Positions 39,704 through 49,538 of a stretch of DNA of 64,000 nucleotides are shown here, piece by piece. Made by a program: the position numbers and the translations under genes. This DNA comes from an uncultured delta proteobacterium (GTDB lineage Bacteria > Desulfobacterota > Syntrophobacteria > BM002): positions 64,001 through 128,000 of the forward strand of contig CAVQGX010000043.1 of NCBI GenBank assembly GCA_963712115.1, read 5' to 3'. Under the pieces are notes generated by a model, which saw only the letters and a program-made list of their open reading frames with translations, was not told the origin of the DNA and ran no database searches. The stretch's first letter is position 1, and each line of letters begins with the position of its first letter.

Positions 39704-39929
39704 TGTGTCCCTCCCTTCTGTATTTACTATTTTAATAGTAGATGTAGCTTAAATAGTCAACATCTAAAGCCTAGGTGGTCTTGGCATGGATGGTTTTGCC
39801 ATTACCAACTTCTCATAACACCTTGAGATCACATATAACGTGATTATACTAACCAATAAGAAAAGTTCATCCCCTGCCGCCGGGGAAGGGGAAAGCTAGT
39901 TGTCGGACAGCATACTAAAGGAGATTGTC

Positions 39930-41459
39930 TTGATTCACGGATTTGCCACCAAGGAAGGCACGAGATCATATGCGGAGCGGAACAGTTCACTTGGCTATGG
40001 TGAATTGGATGGAACCGGTTTACTCGCTAGTCAGGCGGGGTTCGGCTGCTACCGGGTGGATATTACCGATCCCGGGCATGAAAGATCTTTGCGGAAAGCA
40101 ATGCTCTCCGGGATAAATCTCATAGATACAAGCTCCAACTACGGAGATGGCGGCGCGGAAAAACTGGTGGGAGAGGTTCTGGAACAGATGGGTGCATCAG
40201 GTGAAATTGCCCGAGAGTCGGTAATAGTGGTTTCCAAGGTGGGCTATCTTCAGGGACAAAATTACCAGCTCAGCCAGGAGCGCAAACGCCAGGGGAAACC
40301 ATTCAAGGAGTTGGTTCTTTACGCAGACGGACTCGAACACTGTATCCATCCGGAGTTCATAGATGATCAACTTACCCGGAGTTTGGAGCGGCTCAAACTC
40401 GACACTTTGGATTTCTACCTTCTGCACAACCCCGAATATTATCTCAGCTGGGCTACTAAAACCGGAGTTTCTCTAGAGAAAGCCAGGCAAGAATACTACA
40501 GTCGCATAAAACAGGCCTTCGAGCACCTGGAAACCGAGGTGAAGCGTGGGAGAATCAGGCTTTACGGCATTAGCTCCAACACCTTCCCCTCCCCTGCTGC
40601 TGATCCTGAATTTACCTCTTTGGAGCAGATCTGGGAAATAGCACAGTCCCTGTCCTCTGATCATCATTTTCGCGTGATTCAGTTGCCAATGAATCTCCTG
40701 GAAACGGGGGGAATTACCGAGAAAAACCAGGCAAAGGGGCAGAGTGTTCTCGAGTTTGCTCGCGACAAGAATCTGGCTGTGCTGATCAACCGACCGTTGA
40801 ATGCAATCGCCCATAATAAACTCCTGCGTCTGGCTGAGGTCAGGCCAACGCGCCGAGTTAGCGACAAGGATATTGCTGACCTTATTGATGCCCTTATTTA
40901 TTCGGAAGGAATTCTAAAGGATAAAATTCTTCCCCAACTCGGCCTTCCGCCGGCTACACAATCTCAGGTTATGGAGCAAGTTGCCACCGGTGCAGTCCTT
41001 AAACAACATTGGCAAAGCTTTGGTACCTATGAGCGCTGGCAGGAGCTTCAAGAATACTATTTCTTGCCTCGGGTTAAAGGAGTGTTTCAGTTTTTGAAAC
41101 AACAGGTAAATTTGGCAGAAGAAATTTCCTCGTGGGTGAACTCACACCTGGAAAAACTTGAGGCAGTACTTGAGGCTGTGGCGTCAATTTATCGGGAAGA
41201 AGCAGCCGAAAGATGCGGTCAGATCAAAAACCGGCTCGCCTCAGCGGATGTGGACTGGTCTGAGGCTGTGACCTTGAGTCAGATGGCAATCCGCGCACTG
41301 CGGTCTACGGCAGGAATAACCACAGTTCTGGTAGGGATGCGCAGGGAAGCCTATGTTGAGGATGTGCTAGAGGAGCTTGCCCGTCCAGTTGAGAACAAAG
41401 AAAGAACAGAATCCTGGAATGAGCTACGGAAAATAATAGATCTCAACACCCCCTTCTAG
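39930..41459 (+). CDS. Aldo/keto reductase family protein with a long insertion
   Basis: GFGCYR, NLIDTSSNYGDG, VSKVGY and LDFYLLHNPE; TTG 39930 with RBS AAGGAG. Confidence 0.88.
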   Translation: MIHGFATKEGTRSYAERNSSLGYGELDGTGLLASQAGFGCYRVDITDPGHERSLRKAMLSGINLIDTSSNYGDGGAEKLVGEVLEQMGASGEIARESVIVVSKVGYLQGQNYQLSQERKRQGKPFKELVLYADGLEHCIHPEFIDDQLTRSLERLKLDTLDFYLLHNPEYYLSWATKTGVSLEKARQEYYSRIKQAFEHLETEVKRGRIRLYGISSNTFPSPAADPEFTSLEQIWEIAQSLSSDHHFRVIQLPMNLLETGGITEKNQAKGQSVLEFARDKNLAVLINRPLNAIAHNKLLRLAEVRPTRRVSDKDIADLIDALIYSEGILKDKILPQLGLPPATQSQVMEQVATGAVLKQHWQSFGTYERWQELQEYYFLPRVKGVFQFLKQQVNLAEEISSWVNSHLEKLEAVLEAVASIYREEAAERCGQIKNRLASADVDWSEAVTLSQMAIRALRSTAGITTVLVGMRREAYVEDVLEELARPVENKERTESWNELRKIIDLNTPF

Positions 41460-41565
41460 CTTAGCTAAATATTCTGAACTAGTCATTTTATCTTCTAGTC
41501 TGAATTTCTATTTTCGTCGTCTAATGAAGGCCTAAATTTTTCCTTACCGAGAGCAAGGTATTTCC

Positions 41566-42693
41566 CTATTGCAGTTTTCCGATTTGTATTGCACAAGGAG
41601 TCCACGATTTGAGGGGCCTCTTGCAGCCTTTACAGCTATTTTGGCCCTGTCTTATTTTGCAGTAGCTATCAACCACATAATCAAAGAGTTTCGCATTTTT
41701 GATTGCTAATGCCACTTCGTCTGCAATGGCGGTGAGCAGTCGCTTATCTTCTTCATCAAAACCATCTTTTCCAATCTTGTTTATGGCCTCAATAACTCCG
41801 ACGGTTTCTTCTCCCGATATAAGGGGAGCCGCTAGGATAGACCTAGTTTGAAAATCGTGATCTTCATCTATGGAGCCGTAGAAGTCGGGTGAGCTTTGAA
41901 CGTCATTTACTACGAGTGTACTGCGCTCTCTCAGAGCACGACCTGCAATACCTTTGTCGGCTGGAAAACGCAATTTTACCAGCTCTGCGCCAGTCTCACC
42001 CACAGCAGTGAAAAATTCGAACTCATTGGTCTCTTCATCGTGCAGGAGGATCGAGCCTTCTTCTGAGGGAAGCTCCGCCGTAACAATGCTTACTATGGTA
42101 GTTAAAAGCTCCTGCAAATCGCCCACATAGCCCAAGGCAGAACTCACTGTCTGGTATAATCTCAAAAAACGTATTTTCTCGGCGTTCTGTTCTTGAGAAA
42201 TGGTATTGTACAACAAGCTAGATATTGTCGTTGTGAGCCAGGGCAACGGCGATTTTCCTCCGGTCAAATGATGAACCTTTTCCAGGTCAGTGACCAGGGC
42301 CAGGCTTCCTAACAAGGTATCTTTGGCGTTTAATTGGGTAGTGAGCACTATTGGTTTTGAGGATGGAGGGTGTTCCTTCGGATCAAAAATGGTCATTGTT
42401 CCCTCATCTAAGGAAAAGACCATGAATTCGTCGGCTGCTGTTTTGCTGAAGTCGAGTTCCGGAAGAATTTTCTCAAAAACCTCAATAGTACCTGTTGGAA
42501 CCTCTTCCATATGAAGGTAAGGTTGGCTAGAGCCAGGCTCCTTGAGTAAAAAACCAATCCCCTGCACAGGAAAATGCTGTTTGAACCACCTGGCTATGTT
42601 GCCGCATTGTTTTCTCACATCTACTTCCAATACCATCTGAGCCAAGTTCAACATCAGCTCTGTTTGATCCATAGTCGATAGTTCCTGTTTCAT
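41566..42693 (-). CDS. GAF domain protein with a Cys-rich C-terminal tail
   Basis: GIAGRAL..VVNDV, TRSILAAPL..GVIEAINK..F..ED; tail YCKIRQGQNSCKGCKRPLKSWTPC. Confidence 0.82.
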   Translation of the reverse strand: MKQELSTMDQTELMLNLAQMVLEVDVRKQCGNIARWFKQHFPVQGIGFLLKEPGSSQPYLHMEEVPTGTIEVFEKILPELDFSKTAADEFMVFSLDEGTMTIFDPKEHPPSSKPIVLTTQLNAKDTLLGSLALVTDLEKVHHLTGGKSPLPWLTTTISSLLYNTISQEQNAEKIRFLRLYQTVSSALGYVGDLQELLTTIVSIVTAELPSEEGSILLHDEETNEFEFFTAVGETGAELVKLRFPADKGIAGRALRERSTLVVNDVQSSPDFYGSIDEDHDFQTRSILAAPLISGEETVGVIEAINKIGKDGFDEEDKRLLTAIADEVALAIKNAKLFDYVVDSYCKIRQGQNSCKGCKRPLKSWTPCAIQIGKLQ

Positions 42694-43179
42694 TGTAGTT
42701 CCTCAATCACCAACTTTGATGTTCTGCCAACCCTCCGGTTCGGCCTCCAAAGATTGACCGACCAATGTCCAAAGCAACTGCACCGAAAGGGCTATCCGCC
42801 TACCCTGCAAAACGTCTGAATATCTTGCACCACTTGTTTATTAGCAGAAATGATTGGGACCGACTGATAGTGCTGGTAAAAGATGCCCGCAGCAAACCGG
42901 AATGGTGATTGGAATTCCAAAAGAGTACCTCAGAATAGAGGAGGAAAGTCCCAAGAGATCACTTTCCAAACTCCCAACAGAACAGTCTTGTCCTATTGGG
43001 AGTCTGTCCGGCAGAATTTGGGCTTCATTTTTGTCACTCTTCTCTTTGTAACAACAAAAGCAAAAAAGGTGGTGGATCTGGGAAAATAGGCCTTTCCCGA
43101 TCACGCAGAGCTATGCTCTGTTTGCCGAGTCATATTAGCATACTAGCGGGCAATGTAAAAAAAAACAAGATTGAATAAG

Positions 43180-43314
43180 AAATGATGGAATAACGGAATA
43201 CTGGACGGTTTCCACACAACTCATAAATAGCTTAGTACTTTTGGACCCAATATTGTTCGCGCTCGCTTTGCTCCGCTCAGTCCCGCAAGCGGGTTCCCAG
43301 TTTTCAGTATTCCA
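43180..43314. repeat. 8-bp-unit palindromic element (GGAATAAT type) with a GC-rich hairpin insert at 43255-43295
   Basis: aatgatgg-aataacgg-aatactgg facing cccaatatt[insert containing cccgc-aa-gcggg]cccagttttcagtattcca. Confidence 0.6.
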
Positions 43315-43338
43315 TGAAGGCGAGCTTTTGGATCAAGT

Positions 43339-44064
43339 TTAGATGCCAAAAAACAGCTTGGCATTGTTGGAAGTGATGAACCGAACATCCTCGAAAGGTA
43401 TGCCTTTTAGCCTAGAGAGTTCTTCTAGGGTGATCATTAGGTCGGCAGGCTCAGAAATCCTTCCCTGGTATTCAACCGGAGAATCAGTCTCAACTAATAT
43501 GCGCTCCATGGGTGCAACTCTCATAGCTGCCTGGTGCGGTGGGCTGTAGGCTAGAGCAGGGGTGGCGGAGACGTAGTAGCCGTCGCCAATGATCTTTTCG
43601 AGAATCTCCAGTGGGCCGCTATACCAGTGGAACACACCCTTTTCAATTCCCGAATCCTTTACCATCTGATGAGACCTTTTGTGGGAGAAGCGTGAATGGA
43701 CAACAACTGGGCGGTTGTACCGGAATGCTATGGAGAGTAGTTTTGAAAAAACCTCCCACTGAACCGGCTTCTTCACCTTTGCCTTGTAATCGATTCCCAC
43801 CTCACCCAAGGCTATGCAGCTGGCCAGGTTTTTCTCGATGAACTTTACGTTTTCCTCTATGGTGTCCTGGCTTATTGACCAGGGGTGATAGCCAATTGCA
43901 GGATGCACCATTCCAGGGAATTGTCTGGCGAGATCGAGAGTCCTTTGGTTTGAGAGCAGATCCATTCCCACCGCCACAATCCCCTTGATGCCCACATCTT
44001 TGGCCCTTAGGATTGCCCGGTGGATATCTTCAATCTCGTTCAGATGTGCGTGAGTATCTATCAT
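43339..44064 (-). CDS. tatD: TatD family deoxyribonuclease
   Basis: MIDTHAHL, GYHP, GEVGIDY, VVHSR, VFHWY and VETDSP; ATG 44064 (the upstream ORF extension is repeat DNA). Confidence 0.9.
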   Translation of the reverse strand: MIDTHAHLNEIEDIHRAILRAKDVGIKGIVAVGMDLLSNQRTLDLARQFPGMVHPAIGYHPWSISQDTIEENVKFIEKNLASCIALGEVGIDYKAKVKKPVQWEVFSKLLSIAFRYNRPVVVHSRFSHKRSHQMVKDSGIEKGVFHWYSGPLEILEKIIGDGYYVSATPALAYSPPHQAAMRVAPMERILVETDSPVEYQGRISEPADLMITLEELSRLKGIPFEDVRFITSNNAKLFFGI

Positions 44065-44104
44065 AAGTGAGATTTTGGATTGCGGAGTTCTAATTTCGAA
44101 ATTG

Positions 44105-44143
44105 TCCTTCGGACTCCCACCCTTCGGGCGGGTTCCCGGTTTC
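44105..44143 (-). repeat. ~40-bp GC-rich hairpin element, second copy of 19664-19703
   Basis: gaaaccgggaacccgcccgaagggtgggagtccgaagga vs gaaaccggggccccgcctggaaggtggggactccgaagga. Confidence 0.75.
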
Positions 44144-44206
44144 GACATTTGAAATTTCAACTCTATGCTCGTTGCCCTTTGCCAACTGGACTACTGACTC
44201 CTCAAG

Positions 44207-44848
44207 TTAGAGTGGCCAGAGGCAACAAGGTCGTGGTTTTTCAAATTCGTTTTCACAGGAGGCCAGTTGGCTCGAATAACTTCTGCTGCGGTTTTGGACT
44301 TTGCCCGCCACTCTTTTCAACCAGGATTTCTTATTATAGGTTCCTCGGTTGAAGCCGTTGTGTCCCTCATGGTAGGCAAGATAGAGATTATAGGCGTCAT
44401 TTTGAGCAATTCCACAGATAGAATAGCTGAGATCGCAATACCAGCCGATAAAATCAATGGCATCAGCGAAGTTATCCCTGTCAGCTCCCCAATTACCAGT
44501 AGCACTCTTATACTTCTCCCAGGTTTCGTCCACCGCCTGCGAATAGCCATAAGCAGAGGAAGGTCTTGGGCCTGGGAGAAAACAAAAACAGGTGGTCCGG
44601 GGTGGTTTTGCCTCGGCTTTGAATTTTGACTCCTGATGCACAATGGCCATAAGCACGGGAATGGAAACTGACCATTTTCTAGATGACCGGTAAGTACGCT
44701 GGTACCAGTCACGGTTTTGCCGAAAGATCTGGCAAATATTGTCTATTTCCTCTGGGGGTTTCTGGAGATGAGCACACCCCAGGACCAAAGCAGGGAGGGT
44801 GCAGATCAGCGAGAGGATGATCATAGCGTACGGGTTTCTTCGACTCAT
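44207..44848 (-). CDS. Lytic transglycosylase (SLT-like) lipoprotein
   Basis: Lipobox VLGC; MAIVHQESKF, SSAYGYSQA and YLAYHEG. Confidence 0.82.
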   Translation of the reverse strand: MSRRNPYAMIILSLICTLPALVLGCAHLQKPPEEIDNICQIFRQNRDWYQRTYRSSRKWSVSIPVLMAIVHQESKFKAEAKPPRTTCFCFLPGPRPSSAYGYSQAVDETWEKYKSATGNWGADRDNFADAIDFIGWYCDLSYSICGIAQNDAYNLYLAYHEGHNGFNRGTYNKKSWLKRVAGKVQNRSRSYSSQLASCENEFEKPRPCCLWPL

Positions 44849-44887
44849 CTCATTTAGAATCTGGCGGGTGGAAGTTGAATTCCTTGG

Positions 44888-47113
44888 TTAAAATAGTCTT
44901 CCTGGAAGAAACTCCTGAAACTTTTTCAAAAGGCTATGAAGTTTCTCCTCATAGTAAGCCACGTTTTCATCCGGATGATTTGGATCATAGTCTGAGGTGA
45001 GTTTGGAATTTTCATACACCCTAACCCTCTTGGCCTTGCCGGTTACATAATAGGAGACTTGATCTCCGGCTCGGTATGGCCGAGTTGAGGCAAGGGCCAA
45101 TTCGTAGGTTGCTGCAGGGTTGCGCTTTTTCGCTGCTACCTTTTCACCGTAAGTGTCCAAGGATTCGGTAAGAGTTTCAGTCTTAGCTAGCCAGGAGATT
45201 CCCATCTGGTGCTGTTCGAGCCTATTCAAGCAGTCTTTGAATAAAGAGTGAATTTCTTTTTCCTTTCCTTGCAACAAAAGCCTAATCATGCTGGAGAGAA
45301 ACTCCCGCAGGTACTTCTCCATCCCACGGGAGCGCAGCCCGCTTCCTTTTATGGTTACATTACCCTTGTCATCCATTAGAGCATAGTTTTTCTTCTTGTA
45401 AGAGAACATGGCCTGGTATTTCCCAGCCATTTCCACTTCTATACCGGATGGTAAGCTGTCTGATAAACGTTCAATGAGCTCCTCTGCCTCCTCATCGGTC
45501 CTTACCCTTGGAGGCGGAACAAAATAGATGCCGTCAGTATCTATCTCGATTGGTTCGCCACCCTCTTTCCTTAGCCACTCTACCATCTGACCAATGATTT
45601 CTCTACCGCGACGAGTCACCTCGCCTGCCAGTTGGGGATCGGCAAAGTTATGGAGTCTGGTGCCAAGGTAGCCGTAAAATGAGTTGATCAAGATCTTGAA
45701 GGTTTGCTGCAGGGCTTCGTAGTAGTCTTTTTGGTGTGGGTCTTCAGCTGTTAGTGCTCTTTTTTTCGCTTCCATGCGAAAGTCTCGCAGGTCGCGGAGT
45801 AAGGGTAAGAAAACATCCAGAGTGTCGGCTGAAGGCTTGAGGCTGTTGGAGATCAGAATGGAGGGATAAAGAGAAGCTACGTCGCAAGAGACCACGGGGC
45901 TAACGACACCATGGCGGAAAACATCTGTGTGGCCGCCGGCAAAAGCTTCAGCCTCGCCCGGTTTGGGCACGGAGGTTCGCTGTCTGAGATATTCTCGGAT
46001 GAATAGAGCATTGATTTTTGTGGCATTTCCCCGCACGAAAATGTTCTGGTATGAGAAGGGAAAGATACGTGTTTGCAGGAAAAAAGGATAGGCTAGAAGT
46101 TCAGACAGGGCTAAAGTTTCTCTGACGTCGTCGAGATTGTATTGCTTCAGTTCCTCGGGTTTGTTCTCATAATACCACTGGATTTCCTCGGGCTCTATGT
46201 AGGTCCTATCTGGCGCTGCCAGCCCAAAATGACGGGCTGCAGCCTTTAGTGCGTAACTTTCCAATTCCCTCGCCACAATGTCATAATACTGTAGAAGAAA
46301 AAGGGTATCGACCACATGCCGGCCAAAAATGTCCATGCGGGTGTAGTCGATTACCCGCTCAGCTACGCTGAAGCGAGACCTTCTGATACGAGGTTCGCTC
46401 CCGTCCCTGCCCCATTGGAGCTTGACCCCATACATTCGGGCTCGGGTGACTATATATTCCAGATCGAAATTGAACAGGTTATGCCCCTCCAGAACATCTG
46501 GATCGAGGCTTTGTACTTTAGCGCCCAGGGCCTCAAGCATTTCCTTTTCTTCATATTCCGTAGCGAAGAGAACTTCTTCGTTACCGCGATTATCCATTAG
46601 AGCTACGGAGAGAATGCGGTCCTCTTGGCGGGAAGGATTGGAGAAAGCATAGCCAGGAGCGGTGGCTGTCTCTATATCAAGTGCTAGCCGGTGAAGGTCC
46701 TTGAAAGGAAGTCCTTTGAAAAGGGTTTTGCCCGTCAGCAACAGGAACTGATGTACGGGATCTGAAAGGAAAAGATAGGGAGCATAAGGAGAGGATGATG
46801 GTGCCCCAGTTGTTTTGTAGAGGTGCTTTCTGGCCTTGATACAGTCTCCCCAATCTTTGAACAGTGCCAGAACCCTGAATTCGTTTGTGGATGAAAGGGA
46901 TTCATATCTTGATGTTTCGCTGAAATTCTGGAGCAATTTGCCTTCTTCTACCAGAACAAAGGGGGTAAAAGGCTCATCACGCGTTTCCAGCCGACCGTCT
47001 GACCGCAGGAAAATGCGCATTGAATTTCCCCCAACGGGCTCAACCGCCACTATGCCCTCGGTGGGGTCAGCACCGAAGAGTACCGGGTTTTTTTCGAAAG
47101 ACGGCTTTTTCAT
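44888..47113 (-). CDS. polB: Family B DNA polymerase with a 3'-5' exonuclease domain
   Basis: ExoI LDIET, ExoII HNLFNFDLEY, ExoIII YNLDD; polymerase motifs DVASLYPS, KILINSFYG and IDTDG. Confidence 0.9.
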   Translation of the reverse strand: MKKPSFEKNPVLFGADPTEGIVAVEPVGGNSMRIFLRSDGRLETRDEPFTPFVLVEEGKLLQNFSETSRYESLSSTNEFRVLALFKDWGDCIKARKHLYKTTGAPSSSPYAPYLFLSDPVHQFLLLTGKTLFKGLPFKDLHRLALDIETATAPGYAFSNPSRQEDRILSVALMDNRGNEEVLFATEYEEKEMLEALGAKVQSLDPDVLEGHNLFNFDLEYIVTRARMYGVKLQWGRDGSEPRIRRSRFSVAERVIDYTRMDIFGRHVVDTLFLLQYYDIVARELESYALKAAARHFGLAAPDRTYIEPEEIQWYYENKPEELKQYNLDDVRETLALSELLAYPFFLQTRIFPFSYQNIFVRGNATKINALFIREYLRQRTSVPKPGEAEAFAGGHTDVFRHGVVSPVVSCDVASLYPSILISNSLKPSADTLDVFLPLLRDLRDFRMEAKKRALTAEDPHQKDYYEALQQTFKILINSFYGYLGTRLHNFADPQLAGEVTRRGREIIGQMVEWLRKEGGEPIEIDTDGIYFVPPPRVRTDEEAEELIERLSDSLPSGIEVEMAGKYQAMFSYKKKNYALMDDKGNVTIKGSGLRSRGMEKYLREFLSSMIRLLLQGKEKEIHSLFKDCLNRLEQHQMGISWLAKTETLTESLDTYGEKVAAKKRNPAATYELALASTRPYRAGDQVSYYVTGKAKRVRVYENSKLTSDYDPNHPDENVAYYEEKLHSLLKKFQEFLPGRLF

Positions 47114-47302
47114 CTTCTTCCTTTTGCCTAAAGAGCCCCATCGTCCCAGCGACACGCAGAAGTTAGCCGTTATTTGTTAAAGGTTATACGTATCTTCCAC
47201 ATGGAAGCAAGTCTCTATCAATATCCCGGGTCTCAAAATCGAGTTCAACCCTAATAACTGATAACAAATAACCTATAACCTGCTCGTGCCTAATTTGCGA
47301 AA

Positions 47303-47953
47303 CTATAGAAGCTCCAAAACGTCTCTCGGATGTTTGACGAGTACTTCCGCCCCAGCATGCTCAAGCTCCTCGGCGGTGCGAAAGCCCCATAGGGCCCCTA
47401 CAGCAAACATGCCGGCACCTTGAGCTGTTCTCATGTCAGTACCGGTGTCGCCCAAATAAAGGAATTGCTCCGGAGGGACCCGGAGCTCCTGCGATATCTG
47501 TATTGCTCGAGTGGGATCAGGCTTTTTGGGCACAGACGGTTGAGCGCCTGCAACGGGATGGAATCGCCATTTGGAGAGGATTTCAGCCACCATCTCCTTG
47601 GTGGAGTCATCCGGCTTATTGGAGAGTATTGCCATCTTTAGGTTTTGCAAAGTTAGTTCGTCCAACAGTTGGGGGATGCCGTCATAGAGGCGCGTTTTCT
47701 TCGCCCAACGCTTACTATACTCCTCACGCATAAGAGCAGCGCATTTGGTTACCATGGCTTGGTCTCGGCTGTGTTCGGGTAGAGCGCGAAAGGCGAACAT
47801 CTCCACACCATCACCTACGAACATCTTGCATGTCTCAACATCGTGGCCGGGGAAGCCAAAATGATTTAGTGCCATGTTCATAGCGTCAGTGAGATCTGCT
47901 ATGGTGTCAAGTAGGGTCCCGTCCAGGTCAAATATTACCGCCTTAAAGTTCAT
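47303..47953 (-). CDS. HAD-superfamily phosphatase (phosphoglycolate phosphatase-like)
   Basis: FDLDGTLLD, LSNK, KKPDP and GDTGTD. Confidence 0.9.
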   Translation of the reverse strand: MNFKAVIFDLDGTLLDTIADLTDAMNMALNHFGFPGHDVETCKMFVGDGVEMFAFRALPEHSRDQAMVTKCAALMREEYSKRWAKKTRLYDGIPQLLDELTLQNLKMAILSNKPDDSTKEMVAEILSKWRFHPVAGAQPSVPKKPDPTRAIQISQELRVPPEQFLYLGDTGTDMRTAQGAGMFAVGALWGFRTAEELEHAGAEVLVKHPRDVLELL

Positions 47954-48157
47954 CTGATTAACCTCTAAAAAGAATCGCGGTTTTTAAAGAGCAATTTATC
48001 AATATGTCACGTAATGATGCAAGGAGGAGGTGAAATAGTTTTCACTTTATGGATATATTCTTATTGTGTCCAGAAGCTGCTATACTGTTCAAATTGGAAG
48101 GTGTTTGGTTAGTATGAATGGAAGGTTAGAGTAGTTCCCTGACCGAGAGGACGGACA

Positions 48158-48382
48158 ATGAAGTTGGAAATAAAGCTTTTTGCAAGTTTGCAGAAATTCA
48201 TGCCCAATGTGCAGAAAGTGGAACTGAATGACAACTGTACAGTACTTGAATTACTAGAAAAAATCGGTATCAATTCCTCTGAAGTAGCGATCACCCTTGT
48301 CAATGGCCGACATGTACAGTTTGACCAGAAGTTGCATGACGGCGAAACGGTTGCAATTTTCCCACCCATTGCAGGAGGATAA
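48158..48382 (+). CDS. MoaD/ThiS ubiquitin-like sulfur carrier
   Basis: 74 aa; IKLFASL; ends AIFPPIAGG. Confidence 0.92.
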   Translation: MKLEIKLFASLQKFMPNVQKVELNDNCTVLELLEKIGINSSEVAITLVNGRHVQFDQKLHDGETVAIFPPIAGG

Positions 48383-48383
48383 C

Positions 48384-49211
48384 TTGGCCAAGATCAGCGA
48401 AAATGAAGAGTACCTATCCCAACTGCTAAAAGAACAACTAGAACTCACGGGAGAAGTGGAGAAAGCCATACAGGTGTTGGTGGCCGAGCAGAGTATTCCA
48501 AAGCGGATTGCAGAGTCACTGGCTTGCGGTCTCCACATCTTCCCAAAACGCTACGAGCTTAATGCCGGCACTTTTGGAAGTACGGGTCAGAAACACCTTT
48601 TGCGCTCCAAGGTCATGGTTGCTGGCTTGGGCGGTCTTGGTGGTTATGTTGTGGAGCAACTGGTGAGGTGTGGTTTGGGCATTTTGGTGGGTGTAGATGC
48701 GGACCTATTCGATGAGACCAATCTCAACCGGCAACTCTACTCTGATCTCAACACAATTGGGTTGAGGAAGACAGAGGCAACTCAAAGAAGAGTTGAAGCG
48801 ATAAATGACGCGGTGGAGTTTCATCCCTTCCTTCGCAGGGTTGAAGACCTTGAAGATGGAGCCTACGACGGGGTGGATCTGATTTTCGACTGCCTCGATA
48901 CCATACCCTCCAGGCTTCATCTGCAGGAAGTGGGAGAACGTCTCAGTATTCCCCTTATTCACGGTGCCATAGGAGGATGGTACGGGCAAGTGGCAATTGT
49001 CTGGCCTGGAAGTAAACTTCTAAGTAATGTCTATGGGACAAGACAGGAGGGCATCGAAAAGGCCCTGGGTAACCCGCCTTTTACTCCCGCCTTTATTGCC
49101 GCTCTCATGGTGAGCGAGGGAATAAAGCTACTGCTGGGGAAAAAAGAACGAGAAAACACTGTCCTCTTCGTAGATCTTCTAAAAAACCAGTGGCATTGCG
49201 TGAGTCTTTAG
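48384..49211 (+). CDS. ThiF/MoeB/HesA family adenylyltransferase (E1-like)
   Basis: GLGGLG, DADLFDETNLNRQ and DCLD; TTG 48384 using the GGAGG in the moaD GG codons as RBS. Confidence 0.88.
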   Translation: MAKISENEEYLSQLLKEQLELTGEVEKAIQVLVAEQSIPKRIAESLACGLHIFPKRYELNAGTFGSTGQKHLLRSKVMVAGLGGLGGYVVEQLVRCGLGILVGVDADLFDETNLNRQLYSDLNTIGLRKTEATQRRVEAINDAVEFHPFLRRVEDLEDGAYDGVDLIFDCLDTIPSRLHLQEVGERLSIPLIHGAIGGWYGQVAIVWPGSKLLSNVYGTRQEGIEKALGNPPFTPAFIAALMVSEGIKLLLGKKERENTVLFVDLLKNQWHCVSL

Positions 49212-49538
49212 CCCCCGATTGTCGACGAAACAGCTGCTACGACCACAGATGTGGCCATCCCTTTCTTCGATCACAGGTCTTCCGCAGCTGAGCCTGTCCT
49301 TGCCGCACATTCACCACAGCGGATGGGCAAATGCCAAAGAAAAAAAATGGGAAAACTCCTGTTAGTTTTTGGATTTACATTGCGGATATTGAAATGTAGT
49401 ATTAATGGTCTGAGGCCTCTAACTACCAAACTCATTTTTACTGTCGTTTTCAAAAACCACCAATTTGTTAAGCCATGAAAGGTTGATCCATTGGGTGTGG
49501 TGAGAGTCAACAGCCACGCCTTATAAGAGGGTACGTTT

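Noticed and set aside
42915-43050. Canonical rnpB or 6S RNA call
   Set aside because: Only ~60 nt between the CR-I-like and CR-V-like motifs, no P2 or S-domain, no recognisable 6S motifs; kept only as a finding
43060-43130. c-di-GMP-I riboswitch on the minus strand (GGCAAAC + hairpin)
   Set aside because: Lacks the GNRA loop and the following GACGCAAAGC and second stem
44065-44160. N-terminal extensions of TatD (and similarly of SDR 59901 and ALDH 61002)
   Set aside because: They translate intergenic repeat DNA; family-typical starts lie downstream
44888-47113. PolB as marker of a prophage, casposon or pipolin
   Set aside because: No integrase, cas1, terminal repeats or structural genes
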